64,000 nt of DNA from Vitrella brassicaformis CCMP3155 (taxonomy: Eukaryota > Protista > Chromerida). The notes beneath the pieces were generated by a model. That model made no database searches. It was not told the DNA's origin and worked only from the letters and a program-made list of their open reading frames with translations. Location: the NCBI GenBank assembly GCA_001179505.1, contig CDMY01000212.1:1-64000 (forward strand). Direction: 5' to 3'. Shown piece by piece: positions 11,777 to 21,891 of this stretch; position 1 is the first letter of the stretch; each line of letters opens with the position of its first letter. The translations under genes and the position numbers were made by a program.

Positions 11777-13330
11777 AAAGAAACAGTCCAGTTTTCTTGT
11801 TGTTGGGCCTTCACTTTGCCCCTTCATTACTTCATAAGGGTGTTGCAGCACTCTGTATGGATGAGAGACCATATCCATGAAGGCAAGCCATGACAAGATG
11901 ACTCCTCATGTCAATTTAATTCATTTGTCAATAGATTCATGATATCACTATTCAATGTGAGGCAATTCACCTCGCTTCTGCTGGTTCAGTTTTTTATGTC
12001 ACCCGCTTGTCGTCTGGGACAAGAGGAAGAGAAAGGAGGATGACAGCAGGCATACACCATTTGTCATCATCGTCGAGACATGATGGTGTCACGTATCCAT
12101 TTTTTGTACGAACGCCGACAAGAGCTACCTGTTCATCCCACTCTTGTCTCTCTTGGCTAGACATCGGCTAGTGCTTGTTTTGGATGGAAACCCTACTTTG
12201 TTGGCCTCATTCGCCACACATAACCTTGGAAAAGGTGTGGGAAACATCTCAAAATCGACGAAGTGACAAAAGAGACGGAAATGATCGCATGACATCTGCG
12301 AATGCTCAGCCGGTGCCCAAGTGTCAGCTGAAAAAAGTCAGATATCACGCTTTTTACTGAGTCTCACTCACGGCCCCTTGGTTTCTGTAGGCAGCTGTTG
12401 AGATGTCTGGATGGTGCAACTCATGTTGTCTGCCTTCGGCGGTCTCGACAGCAGCTGGCGTCGGTGGTGCAGGACGAGGTTCAGCCAGCCGCCGCAGCCG
12501 GGTATGTGAAATCCAGGGGTAGTCAAGGGAATCTTGGTGAGCCGGACCCCTCCCTGGTCACTGCAGGATGTCCAGTACTCGCGACCAAATGAATGCCCTG
12601 TGTGCTCATGAGGACGCTCAAATGAATGAACGTCCCCAGCTTTTCTCCCGTCCCAAATTATCGAAGAGAAACGCATGGGTTTCTCTGCTTTTGAGGGTCT
12701 TTTCACACACGGTAACTTCTGTTTGTCTCAATCTTCCCCCTCCTCCCATCATGTATCGTAAGCACAGGTCTGCAAAAAAGACCTGCCACTTGGGATGTGC
12801 GCGACATCAAAATAAGGAAAGGCAGGTACAGGGCGCGGCAGGTAGGAAAAGGCGATTGGAAGGGAAGCGTGAAGAGAAGCACGAAGAGAGACAGACTGGG
12901 ATAGAGGGATGGAGGGACGGCCAAGAAAGACACAATATGAATGCTACACCACCGGTATCCCACCGCTATTGGTCATCACGTACCCACGACGTATCGCACC
13001 CCTGCCTTCCCCTCCCCTCCCCTCCCCTCACAGCCATCCATCAGCCCACCCATCGCGTCGCGCGAGCGACGCGATTTGATGATCATTTCGACTGATGCAT
13101 TCACTGCTGCGGGCGGGGGGCCGGCATGATTTATGTGATTTGCTTGCTGTCATGCCTGCTGTTCACGCCTTTGTGCCGTCACGGACCCACTGGACATCAT
13201 GTTGATGACTCCTCTTCCATGCAAACCAGCTTGTGGAGATCAAGGGTGAATCAGACTCAGGAGACACTCAGGCTCACTGCGAAGGGTTTCGCAGTCACGT
13301 CGACAGGCGGATTGAATGAGTGAATGGCTG

Positions 13331-13470
13331 GTTTTTCGTCGTTTCAGAGTGGTTTTGAGGGGGAAAACAGCTCTGGTGAGTCATTCACGGCGAGAAACCC
13401 CGCAGAAAACAAGGAGAAGATAAACCAATCGCTCGCTTGCGAATATAAACCAACCAAAAGTCTAAGCAAT
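13331..13470. repeat. Dispersed repeat, related copy at 17701-17880
   Basis: Shared GTTTTTCGTCGTTT.AGAGT...GCTCTGGTGAGTCATTCACGGCGAGAAACCCCGCAGAAAACAAG. Confidence 0.85.
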
Positions 13471-13726
13471 CAGCCCTGCTGACCGCATTCATGTGTTGCG
13501 GGAATGCATCTTCATGCGTCGTTCGATGAGTTCGATCACATAGCAGGCACAAAAGTCCGTTTCACGCTGAGAAAAAGTCCGTTTGCCAAGAAAGCGAATT
13601 CTTGCGAAGCCGTGACCACCACCCCACACACATCGACCTCACGACCGAGTCCCGAGACCCAGAAACACATATGTACGCTCTAGTTGCTCTGCTTTCCTTT
13701 GTCACCGTTCTTTGCGTTTTTCATTG

Positions 13727-14856
13727 CTATAAAGATGGCTTTGTCGCCTTCGGCCTCGTTGAAGTCTGATGGGAAATAAAGAAGTGGGATCCGAAGCAAT
13801 GACGTGTATTCAGCCTCTTTGCGGCCACTTGTTCACCTTGGATTTGTGCCATCTGTTTGTCCTTATCGAGATCCTTCCGGAGAATGAACGTGTCAGCCCC
13901 CGGCCCTCCGATCATCGTGTCACCGAAATCTCCATCCAAGTCGGTGATCAGGTCGTCACCTGGGCAACGAAGCCACAAATGCAACTAGGCCCCACTGCAT
14001 CATAAGTATGTGTATATACCTGCACCCCCTTTGACTCGATCAGTGCCACTATTACCGGCCAGGTTGTCGTCACCCGGACCGCCATCCTGCCCGCCACCCA
14101 CGATCGGGAGAGAGCAGTGGCCTGTGCGTCTGCAGGTGAGCTGCTTTGGTCTGCCTCCTCACCACAAGGTCATTGCCATTGTCGGCATTTATGAAATCCT
14201 TCCCATCTCCTCCAAACAGACGATCATCCTGCATGCGCGACGGTGAACAGGGGAAAAACAAGCACGCTTATGCACCAGCAGTAACTGTGTGGCATACCCC
14301 AGATTGTCCAGTGACTTCATCATCCCCCGCTCCGCCTGAATGAACGTACGGAGTCGGATCATGGGAACGATCCCCTCAAGTGTGTGGAGACTGCAATCGA
14401 GAAGCGCTTACCGTCGACTGTATCGTCACCCGCCTGGCCCCGGAGGATCTGAATGTGTGTCACCAATACGTACACACACGGCCCCACCGTGAAATCAGTC
14501 AACGTTCGCCTAGCTTACGTCGTTTCCTTCTCCTCCAAATATCGCATCATCCCCTTTTTTGCCTCGCACGAGATCATCGCCGCCAAGCGCATACATGGTG
14601 TCCGCTAGGTCTGTCCCCTCGAGAGCTTTGTTTCTTGGGTATCCGCCTTTCGAAGCTTCGCCGTCGTCTCCCTCAGTCCCGACGAGGGGCGGCGCAGTGG
14701 TCCCTCCCTGGAGTCGCCGACGGAGGGACGGGTTACAGCTGGAAGGAAGAGCGCATGCCACCGCCACACCTGCCGAGGACAAGTTGCATTGAGCTCGAGG
14801 TTTCTTGAGTCTCATTCCTTCATTAGCTTACACAGAATAATCAGCCCAAAGCGCAT
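13727..14856 (-). CDS. Secreted RTX (hemolysin-type Ca2+-binding nonapeptide repeat) protein, multi-exon
   Basis: Splicing by eye gives signal peptide MRFGLIILCVAVACALP, then repeats GGDDLVRGKKGDDAIFGGEGND, GQAGDDTVDGGAGDDEVTGQSGDDRLFGGDGKD, GGPGDDNLAGNSGTD and GGPGADTFIL, ending DFNEAEGDKAIFI*. All introns are GT-AG. Confidence 0.8.
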
Positions 14857-16296
14857 CTTCGTATAGAGGTCCTAGCAAGAAGAGAGTCTAAAAGTGTCAC
14901 GGTGCGGGTATAGCAAATAGAGTGCAGCACCATACACATCACAACGGCACGCGTCCACAATGGACTAACGCAGAGAACGACACAGCAGCCGAGACATGAC
15001 AAGAATGACACAGCATTGTCACGCTGCCCAATGTCGTATGGACCAGCAAGTTGCGAATGTCATCATCAGCAGGGTCGGTTTGGCGGTGTCTGTGTCTACA
15101 AGGAACCTTCCTTTGTTTCCACTTCTTGCGTGGCAGGAGGGGCACTGAGGAGCTAGAGACCTCATTGACAGCTCTGATGACCGCATTAGTGAGGCAGCCC
15201 ATCCACGCGGCAGGCTTGCATCGGCTTCCTGCACCCTTGCGTGTGTGTCGTTGGTTCGCGCCGTCACGAGCAGTCTCTCTGTCAGTGGTTTTCTGTCTGA
15301 ACTTCGTTTTGGTTGTGCTACCAGTCTCGCTTTCGTTCATTATGTGGCCCTGTCTACACTGCCTGTCGAGGCCTTTGACGTCGAGATGGGAGAAGGGTAT
15401 ACTCGGTCTGTTTAACATGTCCACGAAATCATACACTGGTCTTTTTTCATGATGTGAATTTGTGAAATATACAGAATGAGTTACGGGGACCAGGGCGGCG
15501 AGTCCGGATCACCAAGGTTTCCCCCTTGGCTACCCCTGGGTTTCCGGGAAAAGGCCAGGACTCGTCAGCATGTCGTGGCGTGTCCTGCTGGTATGCTTGG
15601 CCCGGGCCAGGGGAGATGGTGTGCCAAGAATATGTTATGGGTGTGCGTGGGTCTCGCGTGTCAGGTGCCTGTCTCTCCTTCCCTAAACCTTCCTATACAT
15701 GTATGGGCTCTTAATGTTGTCGTTGGTGTGTAGTAGGTTGACTTGTGCGAGTGGATTGATTCTTATGTGATGTGACGTGTCTCCGCCAAAGGCCTGTCCG
15801 TGTCAGAAAGTGGCTATCGGCAGAGAGCCGTATAAACCAATCATTTCTGTAAAGCAATCACCCCGCCCCGATCACTCTGTACACAGTCAAAATCGACCGC
15901 ATAAATCAATCACCTCCCAAAGAGACTCAAATCAGCCATTCGGGCAGACCACTCGTGGCTCAAAATGACCGCAAGAAAATGAAGCACCACTCTGTGAAAG
16001 AGCGGACCGATGAAACAGCGAAGCAACGGAGAAATACAGACATTTTGATGGTCATCCACCGAGATGAACCATTTTCGACGGTGATTTCCGACGAGAGACG
16101 GTTTTACTTCGCGAGCTTGAATCACAATGTAAACGGAAGAGCATTCTGTCGCTCGCGCAGCAATGACGGCGCCGCTGTGACAAACAACCGAGTCATTTGC
16201 GTCATACGATGCATCCAACCACATCTACCCATCCGCAGACACGTTTGAGCGACAAGGAGTGACCAGCAAGCTTCCTTCCCACGCGAGACCCACCCC

Positions 16297-16596
16297 NNNN
16301 NNNNNNNNNNNNNNNNNNNNNNNNNNNNNNNNNNNNNNNNNNNNNNNNNNNNNNNNNNNNNNNNNNNNNNNNNNNNNNNNNNNNNNNNNNNNNNNNNNNN
16401 NNNNNNNNNNNNNNNNNNNNNNNNNNNNNNNNNNNNNNNNNNNNNNNNNNNNNNNNNNNNNNNNNNNNNNNNNNNNNNNNNNNNNNNNNNNNNNNNNNNN
16501 NNNNNNNNNNNNNNNNNNNNNNNNNNNNNNNNNNNNNNNNNNNNNNNNNNNNNNNNNNNNNNNNNNNNNNNNNNNNNNNNNNNNNNNNNNNNNNNN
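16297..16596. other. Assembly gap (300 N)
   Basis: N run. Confidence 1.
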
Positions 16597-16622
16597 AACC
16601 GTACCAAGATCGGCAAGCCGAG

Positions 16623-17380
16623 ATGGTCAATCGACATGCACGCCGGCGCAGGCCGCCAAAAAGGAAGCTGGAGGACGACGTGGCTGACGGCTCAGATGGC
16701 GATGATGCAGCAGCCATGGCAGCCTCGGCACACCAGCCAGCGCAGCAGCCCAAGGGCAGACCCAAGAACAGACCGAAGAGCAAAGCGAAGGGCAGAGCGA
16801 AGGGAAAGGCGAAAACCAAGGCCGCCAACAGCAAAGCCAAGACCAAGGGCGGCGGCGGGCGGGCAGCAGCGGCGCAAGAAGCGTGATGATGATGAGGGTG
16901 AGGGAGAGGCCAAGGGCGAGGAGCAGCACGGTGACGCCAATGGGCTCCAGCAATACGCCGACCAGGCCAAGGAGGCCGAGGTGTCCGCGATCGCAGACGA
17001 GGCCGAGCAGGCAGCAGCAAAGCAGAAGGCGCGTGCCGATGCAGTCGAGAAGAAGGAAGCAAAGAAGAAGCTGCGGGCCGAACACAAGCAAAAGGTACCT
17101 ACAGGCAGGCAGAAATGGGATAGAACATGCATCTCTCACTGCCGCTTTCTCTCTGTGAGTGGTGTGTGTGTGTGTGTGTGTGGTGTGTGTGAAGATGAGG
17201 AGGCCGACACCAATGCCGCTGTTGATAAAGGTAGGTGAGCAGCACGAGCAGCAGATACCACCACACGCCACGTTGCTCGTGCTGCTCCTTCCACTTGTTG
17301 TTGGTGATGCGCAGGCCGCCATGAGGGCAATGGCGGCCGTCGAGCGCTACGTGAGTGCCCACTGCTCGTTACGGCTTCAG
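16623..17380 (+). pseudogene. Lys/Ala/Glu-rich hypothetical gene with an apparent frameshift near 16860
   Basis: Frame 1 KRKLEDDVAD...KAKTKGGG switches to QQRRKKRDDDEGEGEAK...EHKQK at a GGGCGGGC duplication. It is adjacent to an N gap. Confidence 0.35.
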
Positions 17381-17700
17381 AAAGCACTCGCACGACTGAA
17401 GAAAGGCGTCAGAACGGGGGCACAACAAAAGGGACACCTCAAGCGTGCTCCGTGACTGAGTTTGAGTGAGTGAGTCAGTCGTGCTGCCATACCTCATCTA
17501 GGCAGATCTGTCGTTCATGGCTCTGCACCGTTGGTGCGTGACTGTCCATCCATACATCTACTTTTTTGGTGAGTTCGGCGCTAGTTTGCCTCACAGGAAG
17601 GCCACCATCTGCCGCTGGCATCCTCAAAAGTGACTGAAAGGCTCCAGAAATCACCCTCACGAAGGATGGCAACCTTTTCCGTAAATCCATATCATCCATC

Positions 17701-17900
17701 GTTTTTCGTCGTTTTAGAGTCGCTCGAGCGGGGAAAAAAGAGTCAATGTGATGGAGGGTGGCTCTGGTGAGTCATTCACGGCGAGAAACCCCGCAGAAAA
17801 CAAGCAGCAGATAAAGCAATCATTGCCTTGTTCGCATAAACCCATCAAATCCATAAAGCAATCACCCCAGTACTGATTGCCTTATGCGATACTTACTGTA
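17701..17900 (-). mobile_element. Probable Tc1/pogo-type DNA transposon end inserted into the retroelement protease
   Basis: The minus strand reads ...GTGA-TA-CAGTAAG: a TA followed by a CAGT terminus exactly where the protease frame ends. The interior matches the repeat at 13331-13470. Confidence 0.45.
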
Positions 17901-18696
17901 TCACACTGAGGTCAGCACCCGTATCAACAAGCACCTCAGATAATACCCCATTCACCCTCATCAGCACATATGTCTGCCAGCGTACAGTTCGCAAAAGCTC
18001 ACTGTGGTTCTCCTCCTGCTTCTGTGCATCTGTAGGAGCCCTATTGCTTCCACCACAGACTGCATTGACATACGCAGAGACTCCCTGACCATCCTCTCTC
18101 TTATCAGCCACTGGTGGGCCCAGTGCTGCTACACCGACGGCATGCGAAGAAGAAGGCGTCCCCTCTCTTCGCCCACCGTAATCGATGACATCCGAGGAAG
18201 AAGGCGTCCCCTCTTCTCGTCTGCCGCCATCGGGGTTTTTGGCGGAGCTAGCCCCGACCAGCTCCAGCCCTTCGTCAGTTGTCTCGGTGGATGCCCACTC
18301 ACCACCGGCAGTATCCGAGTCGTAGCCCTTATGTGAGACTCGCGCCAACCGACTGTCATTACCAGTGTCCGCTGATGCACCAGGGCGTGCCGTCATGCAC
18401 TGTCGCTTCGCCGATGCACCCCAAGGACCTACCGACCTGGACTGCAAGTTCTCGCCCAGTCCGCATCTGTCTGCGTCCCCCAGGCAATCCCTTGGCCCAG
18501 CCGCCGGGACAAAATTGTGGTCAGTATCTCTCGTATCGACAGCTATATTGGAATGGGGTTCCCTCTGTGCCTGCACACTCAGAGCGTCAGCCGAGCCTGT
18601 CTCCTTCAAAAATGATCTCTTCATCAAAGAATGCGCATGTAGGGCGTCGTGTGCCGATGCTGTGTCCTCTCGCCCGCCCTGAAGCGGAGGACTCAT
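17893..18696 (-). CDS. Retroelement pro frame (-1 relative to gag), truncated just after the aspartic protease active site
   Basis: The C-terminus VLVDTGADLSVIQ* carries the retropepsin DTGA motif. No RT, RNase H or integrase follows. Confidence 0.8.
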   Translation of the reverse strand: MSPPLQGGREDTASAHDALHAHSLMKRSFLKETGSADALSVQAQREPHSNIAVDTRDTDHNFVPAAGPRDCLGDADRCGLGENLQSRSVGPWGASAKRQCMTARPGASADTGNDSRLARVSHKGYDSDTAGGEWASTETTDEGLELVGASSAKNPDGGRREEGTPSSSDVIDYGGRREGTPSSSHAVGVAALGPPVADKREDGQGVSAYVNAVCGGSNRAPTDAQKQEENHSELLRTVRWQTYVLMRVNGVLSEVLVDTGADLSVIQ

Positions 18697-18705
18697 CCGT
18701 TTCCC
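18664..18705 (-). promoter_or_regulatory. -1 programmed ribosomal frameshift signal (G GGA AAC heptamer plus downstream hairpin)
   Basis: Minus strand: ctG GGA AAC in gag phase, a 6-nt spacer GGATGA, then GTCCTC-CGC-loop-GCG-A-GAGGAC. Confidence 0.7.
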
Positions 18706-20030
18706 AGCTGCGGGAGGTCAGGAGCAGGGAGCGCTTTAGCTTGAACAGTGTTTGCCCCTGTTAGTGTCGCTCCTCGCATTTGCTCAGGGGAAGGTGTCCA
18801 TCCCTTCGGTCGCTTTCTACATCGGGCCCACTTGTGTCCATAGATGCCGCAGTAGAGACATCTGCCTGGGAACTTTCCTGCCCACCTATTAGTCCTCTTG
18901 TCTGGGTCTTGTGTCTCTGCTCTCTCTTGTCTTCTGTGTCTGCCCGACGCATCGCGTTGCCCCTTCAGGTCGGCCACTTCCGCCTTGAGCTCATTAATGG
19001 ATGCAGTGAGAGAGTCCCGGCTCTCTGTCTCTTTCTGCTTGTCAATGCCATCTGCAGGTCTCCCACCGACCGCACCGATCTCAAATCGTGCACGTTTCGA
19101 CGGTCTTGTCCTCTCGGCATCGCTCTCGCCATCGTCGTCACCGTGGCCATTGCCGCGCTTGCGTGTCCGCAACAGCCATACCTCGGCACTCAGCCCGAGC
19201 TCCTTCACGGCGCTGAATGTGTGGGGGTCGTCGTCTTTGCGGTATATTTCGTCTTTCAGTCTAGGTAGCAGGCCATCGATGAATAACTCGACTGCCTCTC
19301 TTTCCGATTTCTGCGTCCGTGCCTTCTGGTAGATGTCGTTGAACTCATTGAACGCATCTTGGAACGATTGATCGGGCTTCTGTTGCCATGTCTTCATTTG
19401 CTCAGCTACGGCGATTGTCTGCGCCTGTTTCTGGCCAAACTCTTGAGCCAAGAAGTCCAAGAGCGTCTCCAGCTGTACGGCTTGGCTGTTGTCTCCCCAT
19501 CCTGCCTGTGTGCTCATCCATCGAGTGACGCGAGTGCGTGCAGTGCCCCGTAAGGCGCTCATGATGTATGGAAGTATCTGGCCTCCTTTCAGATGGTACA
19601 TGTTCTCAGCCGCCCTGACTTCAGCAATGAATGCCTCCACAGTATGCTCTGCGCCTCCATCGAACGACTGGATGGACACCGATGGTTTCTGTAGGCCGTT
19701 TGGTATATTCCAGGCATCTGGCTTCGACGGCAGCTCACTCAACTCTGCCTGCGACTGCGTCTGGCTTGAATGTGAGCTGCTTGCTTCGTGTGTCAGTGCA
19801 GGTCCTTCATCTGGCAGCACCACGATGTCGGTGGTGTCGCCACTGCGATTGTATGTTGGTGAGACATCAGCGTCTCTTTCACGCCTTGCATTCGCCACAC
19901 GCCGTGGCTGTCTCTTCATGGCTTTCTTGCCACGCTTCAGCACCTGCAGCGCACGCTTTCGTGTCAATCCGCTCTCCGCCCGTGCGGGAGGTGCTGATTC
20001 CGTGCTCAGACCGCTTCGTGTCCTCGCCAT
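18693..20030 (-). CDS. Ty3/Gypsy-like Gag with CCHC zinc knuckle
   Basis: 445-aa intronless ORF with a retrotransposon-gag-like core (WQQKPDQSFQDAFNEF...FIDGLLPRLK) and CLYCGIYGHKWARC (CX2CX4HX4C). Confidence 0.9.
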   Translation of the reverse strand: MARTRSGLSTESAPPARAESGLTRKRALQVLKRGKKAMKRQPRRVANARRERDADVSPTYNRSGDTTDIVVLPDEGPALTHEASSSHSSQTQSQAELSELPSKPDAWNIPNGLQKPSVSIQSFDGGAEHTVEAFIAEVRAAENMYHLKGGQILPYIMSALRGTARTRVTRWMSTQAGWGDNSQAVQLETLLDFLAQEFGQKQAQTIAVAEQMKTWQQKPDQSFQDAFNEFNDIYQKARTQKSEREAVELFIDGLLPRLKDEIYRKDDDPHTFSAVKELGLSAEVWLLRTRKRGNGHGDDDGESDAERTRPSKRARFEIGAVGGRPADGIDKQKETESRDSLTASINELKAEVADLKGQRDASGRHRRQERAETQDPDKRTNRWAGKFPGRCLYCGIYGHKWARCRKRPKGWTPSPEQMRGATLTGANTVQAKALPAPDLPQLGNG

Positions 20031-20211
20031 GATAGTGTCTCAAGTGTCACTTCACGGACTTCTCCGAGTTGCTTCACGGCAGATGCACCAGAGAATGCTC
20101 GCCGCCTGTGTATGAGCTGTCTTTGAGACGAGCTGTGCCTAGTGGAGAACGATATGTGAAGTGATTGTCCGTTGGTTGACGATTTGGAGACACGAAGAAG
20201 AGGCTTTCACT

Positions 20212-20461
20212 TGTAACACACGGAGGTCTGTCCACACGCTACGCACACAGTGTCACGCACAAGAACACGCACGCTATGTCAATCACAGTATCAGTGAGGC
20301 GCGTCGGCAGCCACGCAGAATTCGAATCGACTCTCTCTCTCGTCTTGAGAGTCGCCAGGGAAGGTCGTTTGGAACGACGGGAGAGAGAGGTGAGAGGCAA
20401 GATCACTATCAGATATCGCCCGGGATTACTGGGATGGCCACCAATCGTGGTGGGAACAACA
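20212..20461 (-). mobile_element. Candidate 5' LTR of the Gypsy remnant
   Basis: A 250-bp segment upstream of gag that begins TGTTG and ends TGTTACA on the minus strand. No second LTR or clear tRNA PBS was seen. Confidence 0.3.
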
Positions 20462-21329
20462 AAGAAAGGCTAGAATGATCACCGGAAGGGAAAACAAACG
20501 AAAGAACGCTCGTTTGTTGTAGATTGGTTAGTTCGTAGCCGAAAATCTGCTGAGCTCGCTCGATCTCCCTAGCAGCTCGCAAATGAGCGATGTGGAAATT
20601 CACATCGCCTTTTTGGCGAGCTTTTCCTTCCGTTTCTCCCCGCCCTAAGCACTGTGCGTACATGTGGGAGGATGGCTCGGGAGAGCCGTGTCCTTCCACT
20701 TTTATGCCAAACGCACCAACGAGGAAGCAACAGTGGCAGGAAGGCCGCGCACTGATGGATGGAACGACAATGGCGGCCCAGAGTCTTCCCTCCCTTCATC
20801 AGCGCAGCGGTATACATCTCGACATGCGCTCGGAAACCCCTTGATTCACTCCCATACTATTGATTGATACCAACTCATGCACCCTGCAACACGGCACAAC
20901 TGATGCACGTAGAGATCTCATGCAAGCGACATCAGCGACGCACACAGCCAGATGGTCGTCATGTGGAAGGCACGATGCCTCCTTGTTTGCCCTTGTTTAC
21001 CTGGCTTTGCCATTCTTTGCCATCGGGCAAGCGAGTGGGCCGTTTACCAAAAGCCTTCTTAACTTCGAGTGCGCAGCCACTTGAGGGTGTTCTTACATCT
21101 AGAGTGCGCAGCCACTTGACCGTGTTCGTATCCCCAGGAAGTTACGACCGAAGTCGCCTGATTCTTATGTAATGGATGTAATGGTAGGAGAGGAGGGGTA
21201 AGGGTGGATTTATTGCCTGCAGCAGACAGGCACGCACAAAGCACCACAGGCACGGGATGGATGAAAGCCTTCTTAAGGCCTGCCAACCATTGTCTTTTGC
21301 TTAGTCGTATTCTGGTCGACACCGACCAA

Positions 21330-21725
21330 TGCGAAGGCGAGGCGCGAAGCGCCGAGCCGAGCATCGACTAGCCACCCTTGACTGTCAATTGCCAATGTGG
21401 AGGGCACCGTTGACTGTTCTGCGACGGTTCCATCACTCACAGTCACCCCACTCCTCCGTGCATGCAGGGCCTCAACTAGTCTTTGATATACATGATCCAT
21501 CAGTTGGTCATGGGTGTCGTAGCTTGGCAGTCTGACAAAGGGTGGCTGTATCGCAGCTGCTGCGCCATCTTCAGTATCGTCCGAATCTCTCAAGTCGAGC
21601 GACTGTGGGGTTGGCGGGCGTCTCTTCCCACAAAGGTTCACAGTGGTTCGCAGCCAGCCAAAACGAGGGGGCATCAAAACCTCGGCTAGTGCAGCCGGAT
21701 TCAGGTTTTGACGTTCACAGGGTCA
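21330..21725. repeat. Dispersed repeat, inverted copy at about 31365-31810
   Basis: Reverse-complement match. Both copies read as similar short ORFs (MMPPRFGWLRT...DSDDTEDGAAAAIQ...VYQRLVEALHARRSG). Confidence 0.9.
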
Positions 21726-21891
21726 AGTACAGGGTTCCCGGTCGGTGGTGAAACTGAGGAACAACGGATGATGTAGCCCTCAACGGAATCATTCTATTCA
21801 ATTCCTGGGTGGAAACTCGCTAACGGTATTTGTATTATTATTTGGGAGGAGGGCACGTCTCATATGTCCGTTTTTTCTGTATGTATATTGT

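Noticed and set aside
20436-20454. TGGTGGCCATCCC on the minus strand as a tRNA primer-binding site
   Set aside because: It is part of a local CCACCA/TGGTGG hairpin, lies inside the candidate LTR rather than after it, and I cannot match it to a specific tRNA.
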